64,000 bases of DNA from assembly GCF_018977255.1 (NCBI RefSeq), contig NW_024704743.1, positions 101,434,001 to 101,498,000 on the forward strand, in the 5' to 3' direction. Each line of letters starts with the position of its first letter. The stretch's first letter is position 1. The notes under the pieces were generated by a model. That model had not been told where the DNA came from. It was given only the letters and a program-made list of their open reading frames with translations, and did not search any database. Below, one piece after another: positions 1 to 13,029 of this stretch. Source of the stretch: Callorhinchus milii (taxonomy: Eukaryota). Position numbers and translations under genes: made by a program.

Positions 1-82
1 CTTATACATTTCAAGCCAATGCACCAGCAAAATGAATTGTGATTTGTTGCAAAAAAAATCATATTTGTAACTTTTGCCTGAA

Positions 83-109
83 AAAATCTACAAAATCTAC
101 AAAATCTAC
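83..109. repeat. (AAAATCTAC)x3 tandem repeat
   Basis: Three exact 9-bp units read directly. Confidence 0.9.
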
Positions 110-1134
110 AATCCTTCTACTGAAGGAAAGTCTTCCAATGGGTCGTGCCAGGAATTCCCAAGGTTTTACTTTCCTATTAACATGAGACTGCAACAGTTGG
201 GCAAATTAAAATCTAGGTTGTCTTAAATTTCCATGTTCCTGTTTCAAGTTACATTATGATTAGATAATGTTCAGAGGAAATACTGTGGCTAACTAAGTGT
301 GAGGAAAATTTACTATGAATCTAATATACTGAATTCTTAAGTTGTTTGCAATGTTGTTTTGCAATGTTTTAATGAAATATATAAAAGCTGCAGCTGAATC
401 CAGATAAATGCATACTTATTTTGAGCAGTTGTGCTATGCTTGGATCACACTGATTTTTTTTCTTAAATAACCAAACTGTAATAATGAAACATCGGCCGAT
501 TAAACCCCAGACATTGAACCAGAATTCAGAATTGAGACATTTTATTTGAGGAACAAATTAAGGAAAAGGTAAACTTTTTATGACACACAGCAAAGCAATT
601 ATGTGAAATAATTTCTAAGACGTTTTCTTTCTTCTTTGGTACAGATTTGCATTTTGTTCATCCAGCCCATAATGAGCAGATAACATATGACATTTGTATT
701 GCTGATGTACACAAATTAAAGTTGTTAGCTGGAAGGAAACGTTCACTCGGGCAAAAAGGCCGTTACTGAGCACAAATATAGGAAATGTCCTGTTCCCTGT
801 CATTATCATTGCTCACATTAATAAGCACGAAAAATAAAGTATTTCCAAGGCTATGTCTCTACTTTCCAGTACAAAATATTTTATCCAATTTATTTAGGCT
901 AACACAACACTCTGGAATTTCGGTGCAAGTCTTTACGAAGTGCAATCACACTCAATGAAGGCAATTGAAAGATCCTAAAACAGTTTACTGTGGTTCTATT
1001 AACTTACTTAACTTAATGTGTCTGCAATAAAAAATAATTATTTGTATGTTACTTTGTCTTGTTTTTGCATGTATCTAAAGACTTATGGTAATTACTGATT
1101 GTTGTAAATGCAGCATGGAACTACAAACTATTTA

Positions 1135-1451
1135 GAGTCCTGTAGTTCAGTGGTTAGAGCACTCGCTTTGCAAGCGAGAGACCTGAGTTCAATTCCAGGC
1201 AGGTCAGGGTGAAACCTTGGGCAAGTTTCCTTACTCCACACACCTAATAATAATCCCTCAAAAAACCCAAAACAATAATAAATTGGTCATTTTCAATCTA
1301 CGACTGTTTGTGGGACATTGCTGTGCGCAATTGGCTGCCGCGTTCGCCCACAAATATACAGTCAATTCACTTTACAGTGTGTTCTGTGAAGCGCTTTGGG
1401 ACGTCCTCCCGACGTGAAAAGCGCTATATCAAATGCAAGGATTATTATTAT
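1135..1451 (+). mobile_element. SINE family A, full length (tRNA-Ala-like head, Deu-like segment, L2-derived tail)
   Basis: Head GAGTCCTGTAGTTCAGTGGTTAGAGC with A box, TGC anticodon-like loop and B box GAGTTCAATTCC. Core GGGACATTGCTGTGCGCAATTGGCTGCCGCG. Tail GGGACGTCCTCCCGACGTGAAAAGCGC then (ATT)n. Near-identical to copies at 8228 and 13030. Confidence 0.9.
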
Positions 1452-2794
1452 AAAGATGTTTTAGCATTCTCAGGATGCTTGGCAAATTTCACCTAGTTAC
1501 ATGATATAGTACCACACGACATTCAGACTGATGAAATCTGAAGTACAAACAAGGCGTACACGTCACTGCATTCCCTGACCACAATTTATTCGCAATCAAA
1601 TGTCAACAGTGAAATGTCTGTCTTGTATTACATGTCCACTCTTTTCTGGGTTTGGGCTACATGACTGAGATTCCAATACTGGAGGAGCTGCATTGTCAAA
1701 TGTGCCACCTTTTGGATAATATGCTGAACCAATCTGCTTATTGCTTAAGTTGATGTAAAAGATCCATGAAATTGGTATCCAAGCCAACGATCCTCCAAAT
1801 AAAGTCTTCATTCACCTCATAATTGTGGGACCAGGCTGTGCACAAAATGACTGCCATGTTTCCCTACAAAAACAGTCACTGTACTCAAGAGTAATTACTG
1901 TAAAGCCTTTTGAAACATTCCAACGTGAAAAGTAAACCTGTTTGTGATAAGCTGTTATAAAATCGCAAGTTCATTATGTATTTCTTAGCGCTGGTAAAAA
2001 AAAAGTAGTCGTGTTGATATTTTTTAAAAGTCATTGTGATTTGTTTTCAGAATGTAACACAGCCCAAATGGCGATTGTTGAAGGAATAGCGGGGTAAAAT
2101 GTGTGATGTTTTATGACGTATTATTTGATCTGAAGAAACGCAGTATGAAACTGCGAATTTCATTCCTTGATGCAAACTCACCTGTGCATTATCACTGGAT
2201 CTGTCCTGCTCCAGGTGCTGCCAGATGTTGGAGACAATCACCATCTTATTTTTCATTAGCCCGCGAGCTTTTGGCATAATCAACCATTATTGAAGCAGAT
2301 TTGCGTTTACAATCTAGGGGAGAACAACTTAATTTAGTTTGTGTCCTGTTTGTGGTGTTGATAGGCTGCCTTTCAACTCAAAAATAAACAGTTTTAAATT
2401 GGGGTTCCCTTGAACTCAAACAATGAGCTGAGGCTGGGGTCAGGGTGGGTGGGTGGTGGGGAGTGGGAGGGAATTTCTCTCTGACGAGGCTCATATGTAC
2501 AGTGAATAAGGTAATGGTGCCCTTTATACTACACCTCATTATAAGAAAAAGGGAGTCAAATGCCTTTAGGAGAGGAGGAGGGAGGTCAAGGGAGGGAAAA
2601 GGAGAAATTTGGAAGAGAAAAATTGACAGAAAACCATTCTTGCTTAAGACTTGTTAGTTTTAAACCTTTTGTCCTGTAGTTCTATGCACACCTTCTAAAC
2701 CAATTAGCTTGTCTCCAGCTGCAGGGCCTGTGCTTCTCAGAACATTAAAGACCTGATCATGATCCCCTCAATTTCATTTTCTCCAAGGAACCTT

Positions 2795-3212
2795 TTCTCA
2801 TAGGATACTCTTCTCTGAGTCAGAAAGTTGTGGGGTTAAACCCCAGATTGAGACTTTAAAATCGTAGTCGAGGCTGAGACTCGGTGCAGTGCTGAATGTT
2901 TGCTGCATTGTCCAAGGTGCCTTCCTTTTGGAAGAGACTTTAAACTGAGGTCTCATCTGTCTAGTCAGATAGATGTTAAAGATTCTATGGCACTATTTAA
3001 GAAGATAAGAGAGCTTCTTCCTGTGTCCTGGCCGACAATCCCACAAATAAACTTGGTCATTCACTTCATGGCTGTTTGTGTGATATTGCTGTGTGCAAAC
3101 TGGCTACTATGAGCACCTACAATACAATACTTTAAAGTAAAATCCTGTGAATCATTTTGAGTTGGCTTGCTAACATGAAAGGTGCTATAGCGAATGCAAG
3201 GATTATTATTTT
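2795..3212 (+). mobile_element. SINE family B (older tRNA-derived DeuSINE-like)
   Basis: CTCTGAGTCAGAAAGTTGTGG head, long Deu-like core (GGCTGAGACTC...TAAACTGAGG...ATGGCACTATTT), same tail type ending GCAAGGATTATT. Many diverged copies in the window. Confidence 0.75.
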
Positions 3213-3679
3213 ATAAAAGGAAAACAAATCATTTTGAATGTTAAATGACCCTTATGGAATATTATCCATGAACATTTATTTTGCAAACTGCAAAGAATGC
3301 TTTGCTCTAAAAGTGTTAAAGGTCAGATGCAAGTGCTGGGTGTGTTCTTGCTGGCAGGCTTTTGTGGGAGTCTAGGTTTAATTACAAGGTTCTGCAAAAC
3401 TTTTTTTTATTGAGTTGCAGCCAAGTCCAGTTGAATTCACAGAGACTCTCCTCGCCCAATTAAAACACATCTACAGTATGTTTAAGTTAATGGTCCTTGT
3501 AGTATCACATTGTTGAAATGTCTCAAAGTGCCTCACAGGATTTACTGTAAGATGTAGTGACTGTGTATTTTGGAGGCAAGAGGTTTTGCTTTTCTTACAT
3601 TGTTACGTGAAATGATTCACTCCCTACTCTCAGGTGATCAGGACTGTTTTTTGCAAGAAAAAAACTCCATTTTAGATTA

Positions 3680-4110
3680 CATCAGAAAGGCCTCCCCTAA
3701 GAACTTCACAGGATATATTGTAAAGTTTGGTGATTATGCATTGCTAGACAAATACAGCAGTCCAATTGCACAAAACAATCTCCCACAAACAGCTATGAAG
3801 TTAATGACCAATTTTATCTAAGGGATTGTTATAGGATACCAAGGAAAACTTTCTTCTCTTTTCGAATAATGTCATTGGATTTTTAATGTCTACTTAAATA
3901 GACAGGCAGGATGATTTAACATCTCATCTGAAGATGCCTCCGATCTTCAGCATTCCCCCAGTACTGCACTGGAAGTATCAGCCAAAACCATGTGAGTTCA
4001 ACATTCCCCCAGTACTGCACTGGAAGTATCAGCCAAGACCATGTGAGTTCAAAGTCCCGACATGAAGCTTGAACAAAACCATCTGATTCAATGGCAAGAG
4101 ACACTCAAGT
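3680..4110 (-). mobile_element. SINE family B, diverged, with internal 51-bp tandem duplication (3951-4001 / 4002-4052)
   Basis: Reverse complement of family B core. The two 51-bp units differ at one base. Confidence 0.7.
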
Positions 4111-4552
4111 ATTGAATGAACAGGAGTGCATTTGCTCAAAAGTCATTTTAAAATAAGGAATAGATCCGAACAATACTAGTATCTTAATATTATATCCCCA
4201 ACTTCTGGAACATCATGCCTCTATCCTTCCCCCTTCTCTATATTCATTTTTAAATCCCACCTCAAAACTTCAAAACCCTCACCACTGTGAAGTGCTCCGA
4301 GATGTTAGCCTATGCAAAGGCCGTTAAAGCTTAATAAGAATCCAATTAAAATTCCCATTGACCCAAAGGAAGTCTGCTCTTGAAGTAGATAATGCCAGAG
4401 TGGGAATCCTGTGGGTTGATGTGACATTTTTCTGGTTCCTTTCAGGCTGGAAAGTCACCATTTAAGTGACTTGCATTCCTTATTGAGTAATCTTGTTAAG
4501 AAATACTGCAAACCAAATTATACTGAAGCATGTATGCCATTTTTTCATCGGT

Positions 4553-4819
4553 TATGGTGTGAGAATATGTATTAGTAGAGATTTCTGTCGTGTTTTATGT
4601 GTTTGTATTCCCACGTTTCATGACTGATATTTCCTCTATTAATGGAGTTTAATGAGTGAAATTTAGAAACTTTTGTTATTTCTTCATCAATTAGGGTATA
4701 TTACAGTATGAGAATGTGCAATCGTAGAGATTTCTGTTGTGTTTTATATGTTTGTTTTTCCATGTTTCCTGACTAGTATTTTCTCTATCAAAGGAGTTTT
4801 ATAAGTAATATTCACAAAC
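4553..4819. repeat. Diverged direct duplication of ~118 bp (period ~149 bp)
   Basis: TGAGAAT..GTAGAGATTTCTGT.GTGTTTTAT.TGTTTGT...GGAGTTT occurs at ~4559 and ~4709. Confidence 0.8.
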
Positions 4820-5670
4820 CTGATTTGTTGTATTAATTGCTACTTTCTGTTTGCAAATATCAGATTTTGAGATTTGTTGGGAAAATTCTAAAACGCTAAA
4901 TTGTGAGTCCCAAGAAGACAAACTCTAAAGCCGGTGAGCAATATCTTGGCTGTTTTGTCAGCAGCCCTTTTTAATAATACTAATTCTTACATTTATGTTG
5001 TGCCTTTCACATCTTGGTTTAATGTCTCATCTGAAGAATAGTATCTCTGACAATGCAGAACACACCCAGCACTGGATTTGGAGGGTCAGCCTAGACTGTG
5101 ACGTCAAAGTCCTGATGTGGGGTATTTCTGACTCAGAGGCAACAATGCTACCAATTGGACCAGGCTGACACCAAGTAAGCAATGGACCTCATAAGGTTGG
5201 ATATGGAGCAAGGACTGGGTCAAGCATCGATTGAAGAAAGTGGTTGTATTGCCCTGTACAGTCTTATGCAATGTACAGAGTGCAGAGCAACCATAATCAT
5301 GTTTGGCAACTATTTAGCAAATAAATAAAAATCATGGATAGGTGAGTCAATCAGTTATAAAACGATGTACCTTTAACATTGTGGGAAACTGAGATAGATT
5401 TGAAGCAAGGAGAAATTTTTCCTTGCTGAAAATATCAATAGCCTTCTGGCCCAGACACAGTTTTATGTGTAGGTGACATACTTATATGGAATTATGTCGG
5501 GTTTGGATATTCTTAGAAAATATGATTTTTAATAGTATCATGTGACAGATCTTTATCATCCATCTGAAAAGGCAGGCAGTTTAACATGTCATCCAATAGA
5601 CAGGCAACTCCAACAATATAGCACATCCCAAGCACTGCACTGGATTGTCAGTCCAGACTGTTAAAAACAG

Positions 5671-5976
5671 TAATAATCCTTGCATTTAATATCACGCTTT
5701 TCATATCTTCTAGATGTCTCAAAGCGCTTCACAGAATATACCGTAAAGTGAATTGACGGTATATTTTGCAGACCAAACGTGGCAGCCAATTGCGCACAGC
5801 AGTGTCCCACAAACAGTCGTGGATTGAGTGACCAAATTATTATTCTTTTTTTCACTTGAGGGATTATTATCAGGTGTATGAAGTAAGGAAACTTGCCCAA
5901 GGTTTTTCCCTGCTGGGAATCAAACCCAGTTCTCTCGCTTGCAAGACAAGTGCTCTAACCACTGATCTACAGGACT
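5671..5976 (-). mobile_element. SINE family A, full length
   Basis: Reverse complement of the head, core and (ATT)n tail seen at 1135. Confidence 0.88.
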
Positions 5977-6164
5977 TCTACTGTGGTCCTGTAGCCTACA
6001 GAACTGTATTATGAAACAAGTGGAGTTGTATCAGCAGGTTAGAGACATAAAGGATTTGATCACAACTGCAAAGGGTTCAATAGGAAAGCTTTGAGGCTGT
6101 GAGTAGGGGAGCAATGACTGTGTTTGCTTAATCTGTTGATAATTTCAACTAATACATTGGAATT

Positions 6165-6649
6165 GAGAAGATACAGAGGAGGGCAACTAAAATAATTGAG
6201 GGAATGGAAGGTCTGGCCTATGAGGAGCAGCTAAGTAAATTGGGCATATTCACAATGAAAAAGAGAAGATTGAGAGGTGACATGATTGCTGTCTTTAAGA
6301 TTCTAAAGGGTCAAGACAGTATAGATCATGACAGGCTGTTTCAACTTGTCCAGAATAGTAAAACCAGAGGACACGGCCTGCGATTGAAGGTGGTCAAATT
6401 CAGAACGAATCTGCGCAAATACTATTTCAGTGAGCAAAATAGGAACAGGCTCCCGAGGGAGACGGTTGAAGCAGGAAGTGTTGATTCTTCCAAAAACAGA
6501 TTAGATAGTTTTTCTTTCAGGAAATAACATTATGGGATATAGTACATAGGTAGTTTGAGACATGTGTGCATGCGACTGCCAGAAAGGTGGAAGGCGAACT
6601 AGATGGACCTTGGTCTTTTTTTATCTAGCATTTCTTATGTTCTTATGTT
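6165..6649 (+). mobile_element. CR1-clade LINE 3' fragment (ORF2 C-terminus and 3'UTR)
   Basis: ORF 6204-6527 LAYEEQLSKLGIFTMKKRRLRGDMIAVFKILKG...TRGHGLRL is typical CR1 ORF2 C-terminus. Ends in (TTCTTATG)n. Confidence 0.9.
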
Positions 6650-7329
6650 AATTTTCAAATGAATGATTATTAAAATATTTTTGCAGATATCGTCTAAAGC
6701 ACTCAAAAAGCACTGATATCACCATAATGGGCTATGTTTAAAATGTAACCAAAAATTACCACAGTATGAAAAATAAATACAATCCCAAATTACATTTGTT
6801 TAGCGCCTTTCAGAGAGGGGAGGAGGGTGGCCGAAGGCTCAAATACCATAAATACATTTATCTATGAGACATACATTTAGCTGTTACCGTTAAAAGGTAA
6901 ACATATTAATATTCCACCATTCTGATCACATTGTCTTCAGAAAATAAATTACATTTGCCTCATTCTGTGTTATCCTGACATATTTTAGCAACATTTAGTT
7001 AAAGTACCCCTTGACTCTCTCGGAGCCTTCTTATCTTGTAATTGTCAGTTTAGACTCCATTGTGACCCTGTGTTGCTGTGATCCATTCCCTGGAGACCCC
7101 TATCCAAAACAGGAATCTTGGCCGTAGGAATCAGCAAACTCCAGACAGTGTGGAGTACACAGTCACTGCATGTCGATCAATTGAAAGGCTTGAGAGAAAC
7201 CTTTCCATGATTCAATCATTTGTTGATAGCGACGAGGTGAGAGGCCTAATTCTAAGCAACTTAAAGCCAGCTTTTACCTCCAAAAGATAGAGTGCTTGAA
7301 GGGAATCAGATGGCCTTCCTCTTATGTTG

Positions 7330-8200
7330 TACTAGAAAAGAAAAGAGCTAGTACTGATAATCGTTGATTCTGTGGGAACTGGAGACATCAACAGAACTTG
7401 CCAATTGCATTTGTTTCCTGGTGATGTCATAGAAAACTGTAATGGGAAAGTGTCGGATTAGGATCACACAAAAATAAATTATTGAAATAAGTCATTTGTC
7501 CAAGTTCTAGAGAACAGGGAAAACAGAATTGGATTCTCATCAATTGGAAGACAAAGAGGTGTTAATGGGGTAATTATTCTTTCTTCTAAATGCTTTATTT
7601 CATATTGGCTACAGAGCAGCGTGTTGATATATTACAGATGGTAACACACAGGAACTTAGGAACATTTGCCAAAAATATCTAGGAACTGAGCTGAAGTCAC
7701 CTTCCTTTACTGATACAAGTTGAAACAACAGTAAAATAAATGTTGTTGATAGGATAAGATACTCAGTCATTGAATGGTTGACAGTTCATTAAATGACAAG
7801 CTGGATTGATGTTGCCTTTCCTTATGGAAAATAATCAAATTGAATGCAGATTCTACATTTTAAAATGTTCCTGTAGCAGCACATAAAGGCACAAGTCAGA
7901 AAACAATACATTGTATTATTTTATAGTAATACATATAAAAGTTCCTTCAAGAAACACAAAGGTACAAAGCCCAAACAATCCGAATAATAATGATTTTCTT
8001 TCCCCCCATGGAGAACTCAACAGTCCATATTGTAATTGAAAGCATTTGTTGGGGTTTTCAATGACATATCTCCCTGGAGTGTCTCTGTAGCCAATATGAA
8101 ATGAACACTCAGAGACACTGAAACTGATCATTTGCTTGCAGAGTTCAACATGTACAGTTTAACATGGAGCCAGGGTTCTTGAACTTTGCATTAGATAACC
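7330..8200 (+). pseudogene. Possible very ancient CR1-like ORF1 esterase / endonuclease fossil
   Basis: Scattered degenerate motifs in the expected order: LIIVDSVG..FPG (GDS esterase-like), VIEWL (ITETWL-like), VGVFN (GDFN-like). Many stops; weak. Confidence 0.3.
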
Positions 8201-8227
8201 TTTGGAAGTTTACAACTTGCCTATTGT

Positions 8228-8544
8228 GGAGTCCTGTAGCTCAGTGGTTAGAGCATTCACTTTGCAAGCGAGAGATCTGAGTTCAATTCCAGGCAGGGCA
8301 AAACCTTGGGCAAGTTTCCTTACTCCACACGCCTAATAATAATCCCTCCAAAACCAAAAACAATAATAAATTGATCATTTTCAATCTACGACTGTTTGTG
8401 GGACATTGCTGTGCGCAATTGGCTGCCGCGTTCGCCCACAAATATACAGTCAATTCACTTTACAGTGTGTGTTCTGTGAAGCGCTTTGGGACGTCCTCCC
8501 GATGTGAAAAGCGCTATATCAAATGCAAGGAATATTATTATTAT
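8228..8544 (+). mobile_element. SINE family A, full length, young
   Basis: Complete head, core and tail. TSD TATTGT at 8222-8227 and 8545-8550. Confidence 0.92.
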
Positions 8545-8716
8545 TATTGTACTGTGTCCCCCAGTACAATTGCTTGAAGTCTTTCTATCGTTCCAGCAAA
8601 TAAAAGGATCAATTTTTTGAGGCATCTACACCTTAACATAGTGGCTAACCATCTCTGTCTGGTACATTTCACTCTGTGGGGGGGGGGGGGGGGGGGAGGT
8701 AAGCAGTTTCTCCTTG

Positions 8717-9166
8717 AACTGGCACAGCCAGGCTGGCTCATCAGCAGGAATGGAAGGGCAGACCAGTCACTGGAGGCAGGGAACACCTCCCCTCCCACCT
8801 CAGTTCCTGTTAACCCTGCAAGTGAAAGCTCCAACAGGACAAACAGAGGGACAAACAGGACAAACCCTGGCTCAGACATTGCTATCAATGGCAAGCTATG
8901 CAGTTTTAGCTGGTTAGACTCCAGCAGTACCCCAACACACACTCTGGAGTCCCCAAGCCTTGGCTTTTGCCAACCTGTGCCTAATACTTTCTGGAATTAG
9001 ATAAGCAGGATGCGTACCTCCAAGGAGAGAGTGCGCAATGCATTCCAACAATTTATCTCTGGAAATTCCATTTGTAGGTGGGATACACTGAATTCTTGGT
9101 TTGGATATTCTTAAGCTTGGTAATGGTTTGCCGCATGTGTGAGTCACTCGACTGACCAAAAATAAA
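8717..9166 (+). mobile_element. Unclassified poly(A)-ended repeat family X, copy 1
   Basis: Shares CAATGGCAAGCTATG..TTTTAGCTGGTTAGACTCCAGCAG and the 3' end ..TGACCAAAAA with copies at 37632, 38451, 42811. Preceded by a G19 run (8678-8696). Confidence 0.8.
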
Positions 9167-9419
9167 TGATTAATATTTGATAACAAAATGCCTTTCGACA
9201 TTCATCTTGACTCAAAGGTGCTGAATAATAATAACATAATAATCCTTGCATTTGATATAGTGCCTTATCACATCTAATAAGGGGTTATTAGAATATAAGG
9301 ATTATTATTATTAATACACATATAGACCATTTATAATCATCACTTAACTTGAAGGCTAAGTAATCAAACATGTGTTGCCTTCAGCTATTATTGCACAATT
9401 GAAGGATTTTCTATAATTT

Positions 9420-9685
9420 GCAAATCATTAATGAGTTAGGACTGAGGCAAGGATAAATTTCTTCTTCAGAGAGTTGTAAGATTGTAGAATGCACTGCCCC
9501 AGAAAGCTGTGAGTGAAAATCAATTGAGGATTTCAAGAAAGCGATGGATAGATATTTGGGAATTGGAAATATCAAAAGATATGGTTATAAGTCATTTGAA
9601 TGGATTAGCAGAGTGATTGCCTAAAGGACCAGAGAATGATCTGTGGGAGACTGGGCTGTATAGATATTTCCTGTTCCTAAGTGTT
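9420..9685 (+). mobile_element. Old CR1 LINE 3' fragment
   Basis: TTTCTTCTTCAGAGAGTTGTAAGATTGTAGAATGCACTGCCCCAGAAAGCTGTG matches the FF.QRVV..WNALP motif. Confidence 0.65.
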
Positions 9686-10084
9686 TGTATAGCAGATTCA
9701 TTTACTTTTTAATATTTTTGATCAAAATCCACTCATTTCTAACTTTCGTGTTGTGTTCATTTTTAATGATTTTTTTCATTTCATGTACTTATTTTCCCCT
9801 TACTTTCCTTTTTATTTTGGGTTATTTTGCGATTGTGAAAAACACAGGGCTCTAAAAATAGTCAAATGACTCGCAAGGATTCGTACCACAGTACAAGTCA
9901 GCATATTCAGGGAGATATTTTAAAAACCATCCTGCATGTTATACCACATTCATAGAAGCCATTGAGGGCACTGTCTGGCAGGCTATCAAGTCCTTTTCCA
10001 ACTAGGACCACTGTATGCTTGCACTGTCCAGACCCCTTTAATTTAACACTGCCAAATTACTGGTATTTCAATGTCTTAAAAGAC

Positions 10085-10828
10085 AATCATAGAATCATAG
10101 AATTACACAGCACAGAAGGAGGCCATTCAGCCCATCGTGTCTGTGCTAGCTCTTTGAAAATCAATCCCACTACCCCAGTCTCTCCCCATAGCCCTGCAAA
10201 CTTGTCCTTCTCAAATAATTATCCACTTCTCTCTTAAAAATTATCGAATCGGCTTCCACCACCCTTTCAGGCAATGCATTCCAGATCCAAACAACTCTCT
10301 GTGTGAAAAAAATTCTCACCTCCCCTCTGTTTCTTTTAACAACTATTTTAAATCGGTGTCCTTGGGTTACTGACTCAACCACCAGTCAAAATAGTTTCTC
10401 CTTGTTCACCCTATCGAATCCCCTCATAATTTTGAAAACTTATATTAAGTCTCCTCTTAATCTCCTCTGCTCCAAGAAGAATAATCCTAGCTTCTCTAGC
10501 CTCTCCTGATAACTGAAGTCCCTCATTCCTGGTACCATCCTGGTGAATCTCCTTTGCACACTCTCTAATGCCTTGACATCCTTCCTAAAGGGTGGTGCCC
10601 AGAACTGAACACAGTACTCTAGCTGAGGCCTAACCAGTGTTTTATAAAGGTTCATCATAATTTCCTGCCTTTTGTATTCTATGCCCCTATTTATAAAGCC
10701 TTGTAACTGTATGCTTTTTAACAGCTTTATCTACCTGTCCTGCCACCTTCAAAGATTTACTCATATGAACCCCCAGGTCTCTCTGTTCCTTCATCCCCTT
10801 TAAGATTATGCAATCTAACTTATTTTGC
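10085..10828 (-). mobile_element. CR1-clade LINE 3' fragment
   Basis: Minus ORFs LYKTLVRPQLEYCVQFWAP..RRLRGDLI and FFTQRVVWIWNALPERVVEA. (ATTCTATG)n tail at the left end. Confidence 0.92.
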
Positions 10829-13029
10829 AGTATTAAGTTAAAGGAGTCTGGACATACAAATGAATGAATATTTGAAAAAAGGCATAAGCAGAGAGTGGGG
10901 AAATGGGATAACAGTAGTTAGCTCCATTGGGAGAAGTTGCATCAGCATAATGGGCCATGTGACCTTGTGTGCCGTACACTTGTGCTCTGAAGTTTATAAT
11001 TCTATCTCTGCATATTTCAGTGCATGCATAACGGATTTAAAATTACAACCACAACAACTTACATTTATGTAGCGCACTTCATGCCAGATGCCATCTCGGA
11101 GCGCTTAAATTATGAGTATAATTCGTTGAAAAACAGCTTCATCCCCCGCCCCGCCCCAGGAGGATAGTATATGACTGACGGACTATATTACATTATAACA
11201 ATGATTTTTATATTTGAATTAATTCTACTCTACATCACATTTTCTAGATAACGTTTTTACGTTTTTACTTTGTCAGCATATATTCTGTTGGCTGTTTCAG
11301 TGGCTAGAAATTCAATACATTGCCACGTACTTGAGAGATAAATGTCCACTTTGGGATTGTAATAAGCTCATGTGCTGGGTAAATACTAAGGTCAAAATGG
11401 CCAAGGTTAATTATACAAATGAGCATGCAGGTGTTTTGTAACACCTACCTATGGAAAAATGTATAATGCAATGGGTGCCATAAAAGTCAACTGATTTAGT
11501 AAAGCAAACACACCATTGTACAGGTAGTGCATTATTGCTTGAGCTTAGATCGCTTTTGTCAGTAACAATCTAGCTAAAGTTAATAGCCACCAGAATTTTA
11601 CTGACACATTTTTTCTGGTTGATGCTGATACATTTTAACCCTTTGATAGTGAGTATTTTTACAATGTTCGTAGCCTGTGGTGTCTTTATTTTTATTTCAA
11701 TAATTATCTGGTTAGCCGGGTGTCTGGCGCATGGGCAAATCCATCACCGATCTTAAGAGTATCCAAGATTTGAATAGACATGCATTAGACAATGTGATTA
11801 AGTCTTAGTAAGCTCCCCAACAACCAATGACACGAATGATATTCCTTAACTTGTTACTTGTGCTAATTTTACGCCTGTACATTTTTGGAAAGGTCGGTTA
11901 TCATCCTATACGTCTGAAACATATATCAAGTTCTGAATCCATTTCAGAATGAAGATAATCATACCAATAACAAGAAAAAAATCTTTAATGCTTACTCCCA
12001 ACTCTGAATGACATATCTCCTTGCAGGGATAGCATGTGAGTTGTTACAATTAGTTTCTATAATCACTAAGAACTTTACTATGAAGACGGGTTTCATGTTG
12101 ACCTGACAATATTATCTTCACCTCTAGTTCCACCTCGTCAGTCTTGATAGCACATTCCTTAACCTTACTGTTTATTCACAGTACATTTGAGGTTGACTTC
12201 CAACTGCTCTATCAGTTATTCAGGACTATAATGTTCTTCGCAAAACAAATCATCTAATTTCCAGCACTTATATTATTAATTATCAGGCAGTATAGAATAT
12301 ATGATATGTTATCAATCTCTCAAAAATATTATAAATGTTTTTATTCATTAAGTTCAATTTCAATGATGGGGACTGGAAAATGTTTCCATTTTCAGCTCCT
12401 AGTGTTTTCATCTAGAACTCCCAGATCAAGTAAATCTCCATGCACTCCACTTCAACAGTACACAAGCCCAATTTTAGAAGTATACATTCTTCTGCATCAA
12501 TGGCATCTAAATGACAAGATTTGCAGAAGGATTTGTAAATAAACAGTAAATCCTGAATGTTTAACAGCTGACCCTCTGGAAGTCCACTCAGACACCAATC
12601 TTAACTCCCACTTCACTGAAGTTGATGTCTGAGTGGAGTTCCAGATGGTTGGCAGTAACTCATTCAAAATTCACAAATCTTTTTGTGATTCTCGTAGTTT
12701 AGATCCCAGTGTCAAGTTCTGCATTTTCCAAACCAAAATCCTTATTATGTCTCTCAGTATGTTAACCAATTCACTGATATGTAGTGTGTTGCTTTTGCAA
12801 GGTCACACACACTTGGAAGTGGGTCAAGACAGACCAAGTTCATTTCACATTGAATCTTATAATGAGTGAATAAGCGGTAAGAACTCTCAACTCAGTAGAT
12901 CAAGCAAGATTTGGTATCAGGTTCCAATGGTGAAAGTACAATGTTCTAACTTATTAAGACAACCAGTCAGTGTACAGAAACTCTAAAAAGATTACACTAG
13001 TATCTACTAGTAAATTAGAGATTAAATAT

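Noticed and set aside
1135..1210. tRNA-Ala(TGC)-like sequence (also at 8228, 13280, 56215)
   Set aside because: No proper acceptor stem, and it continues directly into the SINE body. These are SINE heads, not tRNA genes.
3951..4052. 51-bp direct repeats as a CRISPR-like array
   Set aside because: Two adjacent units, no spacer, inside a SINE, in eukaryotic DNA.
11980..12950. Possible ancient CR1 RT fossil on minus (GLPEG..LLFIY-like)
   Set aside because: Only one weak motif amid many stops; not supportable without a profile search.
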